From positions 896,001 to 960,000 of the forward strand of contig OZ252100.1 of NCBI GenBank assembly GCA_965248435.1: a stretch of DNA of 64,000 nt, in the 5' to 3' direction. Positions within the stretch are counted from its first letter, which is position 1, and each line of letters starts with the position of its first letter. The DNA comes from Candidatus Latescibacterota bacterium. GTDB taxonomy: Bacteria; Latescibacterota; UBA2968; GCA-2709665. Position numbers and translations under genes: made by a program. The notes beneath the pieces were generated by a model. That model did no database searches, was not told the DNA's origin, and was given only the letters and a program-made list of their open reading frames with translations. Shown piece by piece: positions 10,798-20,133 of the stretch.

Positions 10798-12201
10798 TCA
10801 AAGTTCCCTGTGCCAGAACGGATTTTGAAGTTCTCCCGGATAGTCCGAATGGACGAGCTCGAAATTTCCCAGTCCTCTCCGGTCGCGGAAAATGAACTGG
10901 TACCTTCCGGCCATGTTGTAGAACCACACCTCATAGGGCTTTTGACCGGCAGCGGAGGTGTGATAGTCGACGTCGTCGGGAGGTCCGTACTTGATGTAGA
11001 CTCGGCCTTTGTCCGTGTCCGATCCGCGCACACCACGGTTCCCCTGAAACCTGACATCCGCGTGATGCACCCAGTACATGTGTTTAAGCAGACGCTCGTT
11101 CGTCGGGGTCTCGGGCGTAGGGTCCATCTTCTTCCAGAATGCCCTCAGAAACTTCATCCGCGAAGGCCAATCGTCGAGTTTTTTGAAGGCACCGATCTGC
11201 ACCGAAGAGGCAATGTATCGAATGTCCGAAAAATACCGGATCATGTCTCTCTGAGCCTGGAGCAGGGCCAGCCGGTCTTCAGAAGCGACGAACAGCTTAC
11301 GGCGGATGCGGAGATATTCTCGACTGACACCATCAAAGGCCTCGATCTGGATCTCATGGGGCCCGTCCTCAAGACCCTCCGTGTCCAGAAACTCGGTCTT
11401 GACGACACTCTCACCCGGTTTCAACACCAGCTTTGCCGGAAACTGTTTCACGGCCTGTCCCGTCGAATCCAGAAGGGTATAGCCAAGGATAAAACTGTCG
11501 TCGGATTGATCCGGATAGAGTGAAAAATTGTAAAGCTCGAAATAGATCGGAAGCGCATCTCCGGCAACATAGGTCCGGTTGACGTTTGGAACGACCTTCC
11601 ACCCCTGCTTTTCGTACTGGTCGGAATCTCCCGTCCGAACCATCTCTTTGGCAAGCTGGATATCGCTGAATACCAGACCTTCTCTCTCGAACCCCCTCAC
11701 CTCCAGGAGCGTGGCGGCCGTGCCCGTTATGCCGGCCTTGGAATCCGTGACCGAGATACTCGCCCCGTAGAGGCCGGGCTTCAGATCGAATTTCACAACC
11801 TCGCGATGTGGCGCCCCGCCATCCGCCAGGGCGTCCAGGTCTTCGATCGACACCGCACGCCGCCACTTCTTTTCCTTTACGGTTTCGCCGGAAGAGTCGA
11901 TCAGGGTCGTGGAGAATTCCATCTTCCCGATCCGTTTATTTTTCTTTACCTCAAGGCGCAGCTGCTTCACATCGATCAGAACATAGATCTCCTGGCGCGT
12001 GTAACCCACGGCTCCCCGAAACCCGGCGACATCCATGAAGAATCTCAAGTTGCCGGCGCTCTCGATCGGCATTTCAGCGCTTTCGAAAAACTCGACGCTT
12101 CCTGCCGGTATGATCGCGGGCTCCTCTGCACGGACCGACAGGTCGGAGATCCCGATCCCGATCACCGCGACAATGATCAGGCTAGGCCAGAGATATCGCA
12201 A
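10798..12201 (-). CDS. GWxTD domain-containing exported protein
   Basis: Signal peptide; FWKKMDPTPETPTNE; GSDTDKGRVYIKYGPPD; YEVWFY. Confidence 0.85.
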   Translation of the reverse strand: MRYLWPSLIIVAVIGIGISDLSVRAEEPAIIPAGSVEFFESAEMPIESAGNLRFFMDVAGFRGAVGYTRQEIYVLIDVKQLRLEVKKNKRIGKMEFSTTLIDSSGETVKEKKWRRAVSIEDLDALADGGAPHREVVKFDLKPGLYGASISVTDSKAGITGTAATLLEVRGFEREGLVFSDIQLAKEMVRTGDSDQYEKQGWKVVPNVNRTYVAGDALPIYFELYNFSLYPDQSDDSFILGYTLLDSTGQAVKQFPAKLVLKPGESVVKTEFLDTEGLEDGPHEIQIEAFDGVSREYLRIRRKLFVASEDRLALLQAQRDMIRYFSDIRYIASSVQIGAFKKLDDWPSRMKFLRAFWKKMDPTPETPTNERLLKHMYWVHHADVRFQGNRGVRGSDTDKGRVYIKYGPPDDVDYHTSAAGQKPYEVWFYNMAGRYQFIFRDRRGLGNFELVHSDYPGELQNPFWHREL

Positions 12202-12320
12202 GGGTCGATCCCTCCTTTTGCCAGTCCATTCCTCGGGTACTGATTAGGATTTCGATAGAGGCTAGTGGGGCGGGTTGAAATCGCGCCCCGCTGAGGAGAT
12301 TTGATGAAAAGCGGTTTCTG

Positions 12321-14780
12321 TCAGCCCCCATACCTGAAGCGGACCTCACGCGAGGAGGACTGGCCACTGACCAGGTCTTCGACTCTAACTTCCAGGACCT
12401 GAAGCCCGGCCTTCGCTTTGCTGAGGTCAAGCTCGAAGTACTCGCGTTCTGTCGGATCGGATCCAACCTGTTCGTAACTGACCGAAACCTGCGGTTTACC
12501 TCTGTTGAATATGGAGCCGATTCCCCGCTTCATTGCCCCGAAGACGCCGACGGAATGCCCCTTCCCGGTTCGGACCGTGTAGTTGACCTTATAGCGAGTC
12601 TGACCGAACGTGTCCTTCGACAGGTTGTAGACTTCGTAGTAGGCGTGCACTTTCTGATCGTCTCCATAGGACCGGGTCGGCATCGGAATGATCCAGACGT
12701 CCCCCTTCCGGAACTTCGCGGCCTGTTCGGTAGCCCCGATGTCCATCGCCAGTTCTATGTCGCTCAGCTGCAGGACATCGATCGTGAAGTCCGGGACCTC
12801 AAGGGACTGTTTGTAGAGCCCTGTCCGCCCTGAAATCCGATCTTTCAACTGGACCTGAAGCTCATACTTGCCGGGAGGAATCTGGGTCTTCAGAATCTCC
12901 GGGACGAATGACCCCTTCGTCTTGTTCATTTCCCCGACAGTCCGGTAGTAAAACTCCTCTTTCGTTCGGTAGATAACCGTGTGATCTTCGTCGGCCAGTG
13001 CGATTGCCGCCTCCACGTGGATGTAGGAGGAATCCGCCTCTTCGATCGCCTCAACCTGCTCGGGCGGTATGCCGTAATAGATTTCCAGTGAGGTATGGCC
13101 GTCGTGAGAAGAAAAATTCGCAAGGTCGTAGTAGAAGTTCAGAGCAGGGCCCAGGAGTCCGGGCCTGTAGTAGTCGGGGACTTCGCCTGCGGCATTCGCG
13201 TAGATCGTGGCGGGCGCGTGTTGGGAAATAACAGCGATCGATCTTATCATATTCGAACTCAGGTCACTCACCGGAGGGATCGGGGCGAAATCGAAACGCC
13301 CGTTCCTTTTCTCATCAGTGAAGACGATTTCAATCCCCCCCTGGATCTGCGTGTAGGTCCAGGCCTCCCAAGACACCATCGCGATATCCTGTTCGGACGT
13401 CACGGGGGCGTAATCGCCGAACAGAAGTTTGACCCTTCCGAAAGACTCGAAATCCGCGTCAGCCGCATCATCCTCAAGGCCGCCGTCCTCCGCTGGGGCA
13501 TCGATGTCCACCGATTCGAGGCCGCTCGGGTCACCGCCCAAGTCCTGGTCTTCCACTTGGCCCCCAAAGTCATCCAGACTCCTCTGCATCACGGAATGCC
13601 GATGCGACCGAATCGGGTAGACAGGACCGACGAAGGTCAGGAACTGGGCCTCGGGTCCGTAGATCTGTACGGCCATCCGGTTGCGTACCGCCTCGACCTC
13701 CGGGCTCTGTCGAAACTCTCTCTTGGCGGATCGGGACCGGAAGTCCGGCTCACCGTACCGAATGTAAACTTCGCCGCGCTTGTCCCACGGATAGATCCTG
13801 TCGGCAAAATAGGTCCGGGCAAACCAGACCCTTCTGTAGTGCTCGATAATCCGTTCGTTGATCTTCGTCAGAATGTCGGGATCCCGCCTCGCCCAGAACT
13901 GCTCAAGGTAGGCAATGCGCACGCCCTCATCCTGGATCTCCTTGTAATCTTCCAGCTCAGACTGCGAGCCGATTAGGGAGATGTCTGTGTACAATCTCCT
14001 CTCGTGGCCCTCTTTGTTTTGTAGATAGCGTTCGAAGTACTCCAGCGCCAGGTCAGGCTTGTCCTGGTAGAAGTATCCCTGAGCCGCCAACGGAAGAAGC
14101 CTGAAGTCGTCCGGATTGGCCCTCAAGTGCGGGGCAATGTACTTATCAATATTCTCGTACTGCTGGTCCAGCACACTGGCCAGCCCGAAATGGTATAGGC
14201 CGTCCGGATTATCCGGCTCGAGCTCGATGTACCTGAGATAATATCGGATAGCCTTCTTGTGGTCCTCCTGATACTTCTCGTAGACCTCCCCCAGCAGACG
14301 ATAGGCCGGTCCGTAGGACGAGTCGATCCTTGCGGCCCGCTTGGCGTGCCCGATCGCTCGGCGGTAATTGTAGAAAGCAGTAATTCCTCTGGCCGGTTTT
14401 TGGGCGTGTGTCATTCCCAATCCGACATAGGCCGGCGCATACTTCTTGTCCAGTTTCTTGGCCTTCTCGAAGGACTTCTCCGCCTCGCCAAAATTCTCTC
14501 GTTTCAACTGGACGGTGCCAAGCCAGGTCCGAATGACGGCATCCTTCGGATAGGCCTCGACGAGCCGGGCGAAGATTTCCTCCGCCTCGAAGTATTCCTC
14601 CGCGCCGAAGTGGCTCTCTGCGAGGATCATCAGAGAATCCCGCTCGGCCTCGGTCATCGTGGGGACCTCAACCTCGTCCTCCTCGTCGCCGGCAGCCGCA
14701 GGCCCGCTCACGACAATCAAAAGGCAAAGCAGAAACATGATGGAGAGGGTGAAAGGCCAAAATCGCTTAGCCCCGTGCAT
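12321..14780 (-). CDS. TPR + GWxTD domain exported protein
   Basis: AAGGAGG then ATG 14780; signal peptide; TPR repeats; FWARRDPD..NER; WDKRGEVYIRYGEPD. Confidence 0.85.
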   Translation of the reverse strand: MHGAKRFWPFTLSIMFLLCLLIVVSGPAAAGDEEDEVEVPTMTEAERDSLMILAESHFGAEEYFEAEEIFARLVEAYPKDAVIRTWLGTVQLKRENFGEAEKSFEKAKKLDKKYAPAYVGLGMTHAQKPARGITAFYNYRRAIGHAKRAARIDSSYGPAYRLLGEVYEKYQEDHKKAIRYYLRYIELEPDNPDGLYHFGLASVLDQQYENIDKYIAPHLRANPDDFRLLPLAAQGYFYQDKPDLALEYFERYLQNKEGHERRLYTDISLIGSQSELEDYKEIQDEGVRIAYLEQFWARRDPDILTKINERIIEHYRRVWFARTYFADRIYPWDKRGEVYIRYGEPDFRSRSAKREFRQSPEVEAVRNRMAVQIYGPEAQFLTFVGPVYPIRSHRHSVMQRSLDDFGGQVEDQDLGGDPSGLESVDIDAPAEDGGLEDDAADADFESFGRVKLLFGDYAPVTSEQDIAMVSWEAWTYTQIQGGIEIVFTDEKRNGRFDFAPIPPVSDLSSNMIRSIAVISQHAPATIYANAAGEVPDYYRPGLLGPALNFYYDLANFSSHDGHTSLEIYYGIPPEQVEAIEEADSSYIHVEAAIALADEDHTVIYRTKEEFYYRTVGEMNKTKGSFVPEILKTQIPPGKYELQVQLKDRISGRTGLYKQSLEVPDFTIDVLQLSDIELAMDIGATEQAAKFRKGDVWIIPMPTRSYGDDQKVHAYYEVYNLSKDTFGQTRYKVNYTVRTGKGHSVGVFGAMKRGIGSIFNRGKPQVSVSYEQVGSDPTEREYFELDLSKAKAGLQVLEVRVEDLVSGQSSSREVRFRYGG

Positions 14781-15229
14781 GGCTTCCTCCTTGCTGTCAG
14801 ACTGATCCAGGTTGCTGCAGATTATTATTGTCGCTACCCGGCTGCTATTTTTCACGTCCGGATAAGGCCAAAGTTCCACGGAATCAGCTCCGCTTGGGAG
14901 GGATTTCCCATAAATCAGCCCTTTCCGCGTCCAGACCCGAAATATCGATGGAATCTGAACGCGTCTGGCCTCATAAATCGCAAAAAAATAACAGGAAGCG
15001 GCAGCACTGTCAAGCACCTTGCGCGGAGGGAAGATGGTCGAATCTGCCCCGGGTCGCCCCGCACGGTGGGTTGCCTGGCGCCGAAATATGGCTGAACGAC
15101 CAACTCGTGGAATCGTAGAGAACGTCCCCGCCGCACGCTCCCCGATTTCTTCTTACGCTTGTGAAAACCGAAGGGTTTCATTATCTTTCCGCCCCGCAAT
15201 CATCACAGCACGTAACTCGAGGAAATCTT

Positions 15230-15727
15230 ATGGCACACAACCTCCTCATCGTTGACGATGAAGAAGACATTCGGTCCGTCCTGGAGGATTTATTCACGAG
15301 CCGGGGATGCGAGGTCACCAAGGCCACGAACGGCAAGGAGGCACTCGATCTCCTTCAGGGGTTCACCCCTGACCTTATCCTGGCCGACTACCAGATGCCC
15401 GAAATGGACGGAATCGAGCTCTTCAAAGAGGCCCGATCTCTTTATCCGGACACCACTCGCATCCTGCTCACCGCTCACGGCGACCTCAAGGTGGCCATCG
15501 CCGCCATCAACGAGGCCGGGGTTTATAGATTTATAACTAAACCCTGGAATAACAATGACTTGATTCTGACCGTGCAGCGGGCCCTCGAACACCACGACCT
15601 GATCAAGGAAAACCGCGCCTTCGCTGACACCCTGGAACTGATGGTAGACGAAAATACTCAGGAAATCGAACGCCTCAGGTCCGAACTTCGGAAGATTGCC
15701 GCCCGGATCCGCAGCCTCCTGCCCTAG
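15230..15727 (+). CDS. Response regulator (receiver domain + coiled coil)
   Basis: LIVDDE, DYQMPEMDG, LLTAH, FITKPW. Confidence 0.92.
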   Translation: MAHNLLIVDDEEDIRSVLEDLFTSRGCEVTKATNGKEALDLLQGFTPDLILADYQMPEMDGIELFKEARSLYPDTTRILLTAHGDLKVAIAAINEAGVYRFITKPWNNNDLILTVQRALEHHDLIKENRAFADTLELMVDENTQEIERLRSELRKIAARIRSLLP

Positions 15728-15745
15728 AATCAAGCCCCGCTCCGC

Positions 15746-15774
15746 CTAAAGTTTTTTCCCTAAATAGCCGATAA
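15746..15774 (+). promoter_or_regulatory. Sigma28 (FliA/SigD)-type promoter
   Basis: CTAAAGTTT..GCCGATAA, i.e. TAAA-N16-GCCGATAA. Confidence 0.75.
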
Positions 15775-15827
15775 CTTGAATAGATACTCCATTTAGGGAA
15801 ACAACTTGATCACAGGCGGTGTTCGGG

Positions 15828-15983
15828 ATGTTGACTCCGATTACATCCGTAATCAGTCCGGCGGAAGATAGAGATGCCTGGAAGCAGCGCAGGCGGCGGG
15901 ATCGAAAGCCGGGCAAAAAGCAGACGGATTCGGACACTCACCCGTCCGAGAAGAAGCCGGATCACCTCGACCTCACGGCTTGA
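15828..15983 (+). CDS. Small 51-aa basic protein (not in ORF track)
   Basis: AGGCGGTG RBS, then MLTPITSVISPAEDRDAWKQRRRRDRKPGKKQTDSDTHPSEKKPDHLDLTA*; lies between a sigma28 promoter and a terminator. Confidence 0.65.
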   Translation: MLTPITSVISPAEDRDAWKQRRRRDRKPGKKQTDSDTHPSEKKPDHLDLTA

Positions 15984-16005
15984 CCCTCAAGACCATTGCA
16001 CTGAT

Positions 16006-16043
16006 AAGCCGGTCTTCGCAAGAGCGAGGACCGGCTTTTTTTT
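16006..16043 (+). terminator. Rho-independent terminator
   Basis: AAGCCGGTC..GACCGGCTT hairpin followed by a T8 run. Confidence 0.85.
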
Positions 16044-16163
16044 ATGCAGACGGCAGACGGCGGGATGAATAACGTAATCCTTGGGGTATAAGCGGTCCAC
16101 GGTCCGTCGTCCGTGGTCAAGCACAACCTCTCTTAGAGTCGCAGCCGCGGCCCCTGACCCTGG

Positions 16164-17303
16164 TCAGATCTTGCCACCAACTACCCGATCATAGATCCCC
16201 TCCAGCCGTCCACCCAGGACCCTTCGGTCGTGATTCGCCTCCACGTGCGCCCTGCCCGCCCTGCCCATCTCGGCCCGAAGCTCCTCTGACCCCAAGATCG
16301 CATCCAGGCCTTCGGCAAGTCCTTCCACGTCTCGCTCTCGGAAGAGCAGCCCGCACTTCTCGTGGGGAACGATGGTCGGAATGTCGGCGTGCAGAGAGGA
16401 GACCACGGGGAGCCCCGACGCCATCGCTTCGATCAATGCCACGGGTGCCCCGCCCTCTGTATCGCCGTCTCCGGCAGTCACGCTCGGATGCAGAAGCACC
16501 GTCGCTCGGTGCAATTCCTCCAGGCAGGCGGCGTGCGGTTGCAAACCCAATAGATCGACGCGATCACCCATCCCCAGTGCTTCGATCTCCGTTTCAATCT
16601 CCGGTCGAAGGGGCCCGTCTCCGACCATCCTAACGCACAGGCCGGGATACCTGTCCAGGACTCGGTGAACGGCACGCAGCCCGTAGACCAGCCCCTTCTT
16701 CTCTCGAAACGAGGCGTAGGTCATTACGATCGGCCCCGCCTTGGACAGATCATCACCGGCGCGCGGGGTGATCCTTTCGAGGTCGACACCAAGGCAGTGC
16801 ATCTCGATCTTGTCGTGCGGGCATCCCAGCGCCTCTATCGACTCCGCCATTCTCGGACCCTCCGCCAGAAAAAGCTGCCCCTCGGCGAAGAGCCGTTTAA
16901 ATCGGTTGAACCAGATCCGCTGTTTCGGGAGCACAGAGACGTCCAGTCCATAAAAACTGGTCACCATCGGAATCCGCGCGCCCCTTCCTGCCCCGAGGCA
17001 CCGGAACCCTTCCTGTCCGAAATGGGCGTGCATCAGGACCGCGCCTTCCTGCATCAACACCTGCTGGTATCCCACATAGGTGCCCCTCCACTTTCGGAGC
17101 CCCCGGTAGGCCATCCGTCGAAAAGTGGGCAGTGCCTCCTGGGCGAAAACGACATCTGTAGAGGGATAGTGATCGCGGTTTCGGACGGCCTGTGTCAAAA
17201 CAACAGGCCGGTAGCGGGAGAGGGATCGGATCTGGTCGTAGATCCAGACGTTCGTCATCTCCAGGTATGGGCTTGCGCAGTGTGCAACGGTTCGCTTTCG
17301 CAT
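16164..17303 (-). CDS. GT4 glycosyltransferase (WcaL-like)
   Basis: HAHFG, EKKG, GDTEGGAPVALIEAMASGLPVVSS. Confidence 0.9.
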   Translation of the reverse strand: MRKRTVAHCASPYLEMTNVWIYDQIRSLSRYRPVVLTQAVRNRDHYPSTDVVFAQEALPTFRRMAYRGLRKWRGTYVGYQQVLMQEGAVLMHAHFGQEGFRCLGAGRGARIPMVTSFYGLDVSVLPKQRIWFNRFKRLFAEGQLFLAEGPRMAESIEALGCPHDKIEMHCLGVDLERITPRAGDDLSKAGPIVMTYASFREKKGLVYGLRAVHRVLDRYPGLCVRMVGDGPLRPEIETEIEALGMGDRVDLLGLQPHAACLEELHRATVLLHPSVTAGDGDTEGGAPVALIEAMASGLPVVSSLHADIPTIVPHEKCGLLFRERDVEGLAEGLDAILGSEELRAEMGRAGRAHVEANHDRRVLGGRLEGIYDRVVGGKI

Positions 17304-17451
17304 CTCTTAGTATAAATGTATAGGCTGTCGTCGATGTCGGGCTAAATAGCGTATCTCGTATCTCGTGAAGCGTATCTCGTCCGAGGTATCCCGTACCAGA
17401 AATACCCACCCCGACCCAGGAGGGGACTGGCGTCTCTCAAACTCGCGAAAG

Positions 17452-17662
17452 AGATCGCTCGAAGCCATCGGGGCCGCGGTGTGCGACTCCCAGGCAACCT
17501 CGTTCTTTCATCTCCCACGCGCTTAGGCCCTCTGGGCCGGTCCCATAGTGGGCGTCGGGCGGTGCAGGAGTCCCGCCCTGATTGCCGCCATCGTCCTTTC
17601 CACTGAGGGTGAGGTGCCGCGGCCGAAGCCCCCGCGGCGTTGAGCGGCGCCCTTCTTTTGTC
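17452..17662 (-). repeat. ~200-bp dispersed repeat, copy 2
   Basis: Homologous to 3482-3675; flanked by REPs and GTATCTC heptamer repeats (17348-17397). Confidence 0.75.
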
Positions 17663-18133
17663 CTCGGGCGCGGCACGCCGCGCCCCTACAGCGAAATCTT
17701 GGAGTGTAGGGGCACAGCCGCGCTGTGCCCCAGGGTGGCGGTTGCGGTAGGCCTTTTCTTGGGCGAGCAAGAAAAGCATGCCCTGAGCCTGCCGAAGGGT
17801 GGGCTGCCGGAGGCATAGGTTGTAGGCTCAGAAAAACTGTATGCAATCACCGCGAATCATTTCGTCGCCAGGGGGAAGACAGGCTTCAGGCGGCGAACCG
17901 TCACCCTGATAATCGCCTTCGCCAGCAGGAGCTGGCTCCTACCGGATACAATTCGCGCGTTCAGTGCCACGGTGTCCGCAATCCAAAATTCGCAATTACT
18001 CGAAATGCGCCACACCTTCTCAGGAATGCGGTGAAGAACCAAAACAAAAGGGCCTCCCAATCTGTTCGTGACAGACCGGCAGGCCCATTCATCTTCTCAT
18101 TCTGGTGATTAGTGCCCTGAGTTCTCCGGGAGA

Positions 18134-18502
18134 TTAGCCCTGTACATCCACAAGGTTCCCAGGCCTTTCAGGGGGTCTTCTCTCTCCCTGCTCGCGAGCG
18201 GCATCATCCTGCTGCTCGGCAGCATCCCGATCTTGACTAAGCTGCTCTGCCCGATCGTCGGCGGACGGGCCCTGAGCTGCCCCGCCTGCCTCGTTCGCGG
18301 GCGCGTCGGTCTGAGGTGGGTTCGCGGCCGGCGTCTGAGTGGTCCGGGCGCGGGCCTCGTTCGAAATCTCTACCCGATCTGGTTCCGGCCGCTCGGCCGC
18401 TTGCCTTGCCTGCTGGGCAGCCTGATCAGGACCTTCTCCTCCCTGTGGTCTGGCGGGCGCGGGGCGGGCCCCACTCGTGTTTGCATCGACTCGATCCGGC
18501 AT
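18134..18502 (-). CDS. Small disordered protein with FlgM-like DRVEIS motif and YjfB-like C-terminus
   Basis: AAGGAGG then ATG 18502; PDRVEISNEAR; ends PGNLVDVQG. Confidence 0.65.
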   Translation of the reverse strand: MPDRVDANTSGARPAPARPQGGEGPDQAAQQARQAAERPEPDRVEISNEARARTTQTPAANPPQTDAPANEAGGAAQGPSADDRAEQLSQDRDAAEQQDDAAREQGERRPPERPGNLVDVQG

Positions 18503-18650
18503 CACGACCTCCTTATGCGCAATCCTGCTCGCGAGTCCATTATGAACCCACGAAAGACTTGACACTTCGGAGCCATCAGGATATATACGTTACACACTTA
18601 AAATATCGTGAACGCCCCCGATAAACACAACAGGAAAATTAAAAATAAAA

Positions 18651-20132
18651 ATGGGAGAGACGGTCAACTACCTCGCGTATGACCTCGGCGCTTCGAGCGG
18701 GCGTGCCGTCGTGGGGAAATTCGACGGCGAGCGGGTCATTTTGGAAGAGGTGCACCGCTTTTCGAATGGCGCCGTCTCAGTATTAGATGGGCTCTATTGG
18801 GACGTCTTGCGCCTACACGAAGAAATGCTTCAGGGGTTACGTCGATATGTTCAGTCCTTCGGCAGCCAACTTTCGGGAATCGGAATCGACACGTGGGGGG
18901 TCGATTTCGCGCTCCTGGATGGGGACGATGAACTCCTGGGCAATCCTCGCTCCCACAGAGATCCGCGGACTGATGGAATGATGAACAAGGCCTTCGACAT
19001 CGTGCCCAAAGAGGAGATCTTCGAACAGACAGGCATTCAGTTCTTCGAGCTCAACACCCTCTACCAGCTCCTGGCGATGGTATCTCAGGACGCGCAGCAG
19101 CTCCAGGCGGCCAAAACCTTCCTGATGTTACCGGACCTGTTCAACTTTTGGCTGACAGGGGCCAAGGTCTCCGAATTCTCGGACGCGACGACAACGCAGT
19201 TCTACGATCCGCGCAAGGCCGGCTGGGCGACTGACCTGCTTTCCCGGATGCAGATCCCGACTGGAATCCTTCCACATATCGTCCAGCCCGGCACGAAGCT
19301 CGGCCCGCTACGCCCCTCGATCGCGAAAGAGGCAGGCCTGGATTCCACTGAAGTCATCGCACCCGCGTGCCACGACACCGGTTCGGCCGTCGCCGCCGTC
19401 CCGATGCAGCAGCAGGACGCCGCCTACATCAGCTGCGGGACCTGGGCGCTCATGGGCGCCGAAATCCCGGAACCCAGAATCTCATCGGACGTCCTATCCC
19501 ACAACTTCACGAACGAGGGAGGGGTCTGCGGAACCTTCCGCTTCCTGAAGAACATCAGCGGACTCTGGATCGTGCAGGAATGTCGGCGAATCTGGGAGGC
19601 GGAGGGCCGGTCCTTCGCTTTTGAAGACCTGGTGAGGCTCGCCGGTGAGGCGGCCCCACTCGTCGCGCTCGTCGACCCGGATGACGGCAGCTTTATCACG
19701 CCGGGAGACATGCCTTCCAGAATCCGCGCTTTCTGCAAGCGCACCGGCCAGCCGGAACCTGAAACCGAGGGCGCGATCATCCGATGCGCGCTCGAAAGCC
19801 TGGCACTCAAGTTTCGACAGGTCTTGATCGAACTCGAATCTGTCCTCGAGAGAAAGATGGAGACCATCCACGTCGTGGGAGGCGGAAGCCGCAACACGCT
19901 CCTTTGCCAGCTCACAGCCGACGTGACGGGCCGGCCGGTCATCGCGGGGCCGGCCGAAGCGACTGCCCTCGGAAACATCCTGATGCAGGCCACGGCGGAC
20001 GGTCAGGTCGACTCCTTGAATCAGATCAGAGAAATCGTACGCAACTCCACCGAGGTCGTCACCTACGAGCCGGGCCCCTCAGAGTTTTGGGAGCCGGCCT
20101 ACGGACGATTCCTCAAACTCCTCGCAAACTGA
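18651..20132 (+). CDS. rhaB: Rhamnulokinase (FGGY kinase)
   Basis: DLGASSGR, GIDTWGVDF, HDTGSA, FTNEGG, LKNISGLW, VGGGSRN, GPAEATALGN. Confidence 0.9.
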   Translation: MGETVNYLAYDLGASSGRAVVGKFDGERVILEEVHRFSNGAVSVLDGLYWDVLRLHEEMLQGLRRYVQSFGSQLSGIGIDTWGVDFALLDGDDELLGNPRSHRDPRTDGMMNKAFDIVPKEEIFEQTGIQFFELNTLYQLLAMVSQDAQQLQAAKTFLMLPDLFNFWLTGAKVSEFSDATTTQFYDPRKAGWATDLLSRMQIPTGILPHIVQPGTKLGPLRPSIAKEAGLDSTEVIAPACHDTGSAVAAVPMQQQDAAYISCGTWALMGAEIPEPRISSDVLSHNFTNEGGVCGTFRFLKNISGLWIVQECRRIWEAEGRSFAFEDLVRLAGEAAPLVALVDPDDGSFITPGDMPSRIRAFCKRTGQPEPETEGAIIRCALESLALKFRQVLIELESVLERKMETIHVVGGGSRNTLLCQLTADVTGRPVIAGPAEATALGNILMQATADGQVDSLNQIREIVRNSTEVVTYEPGPSEFWEPAYGRFLKLLAN

Positions 20133-20133
20133 T

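Noticed and set aside
15810-16000. 6S RNA or riboswitch
   Set aside because: No long rod structure or recognisable aptamer; a sigma28 promoter, RBS and ORF explain the region better.
18599-18624. Second sigma28 promoter TAAA-N14-CCCGATAA
   Set aside because: Short spacer, mismatch in the -10 box, and it points at rhaB; likely chance.
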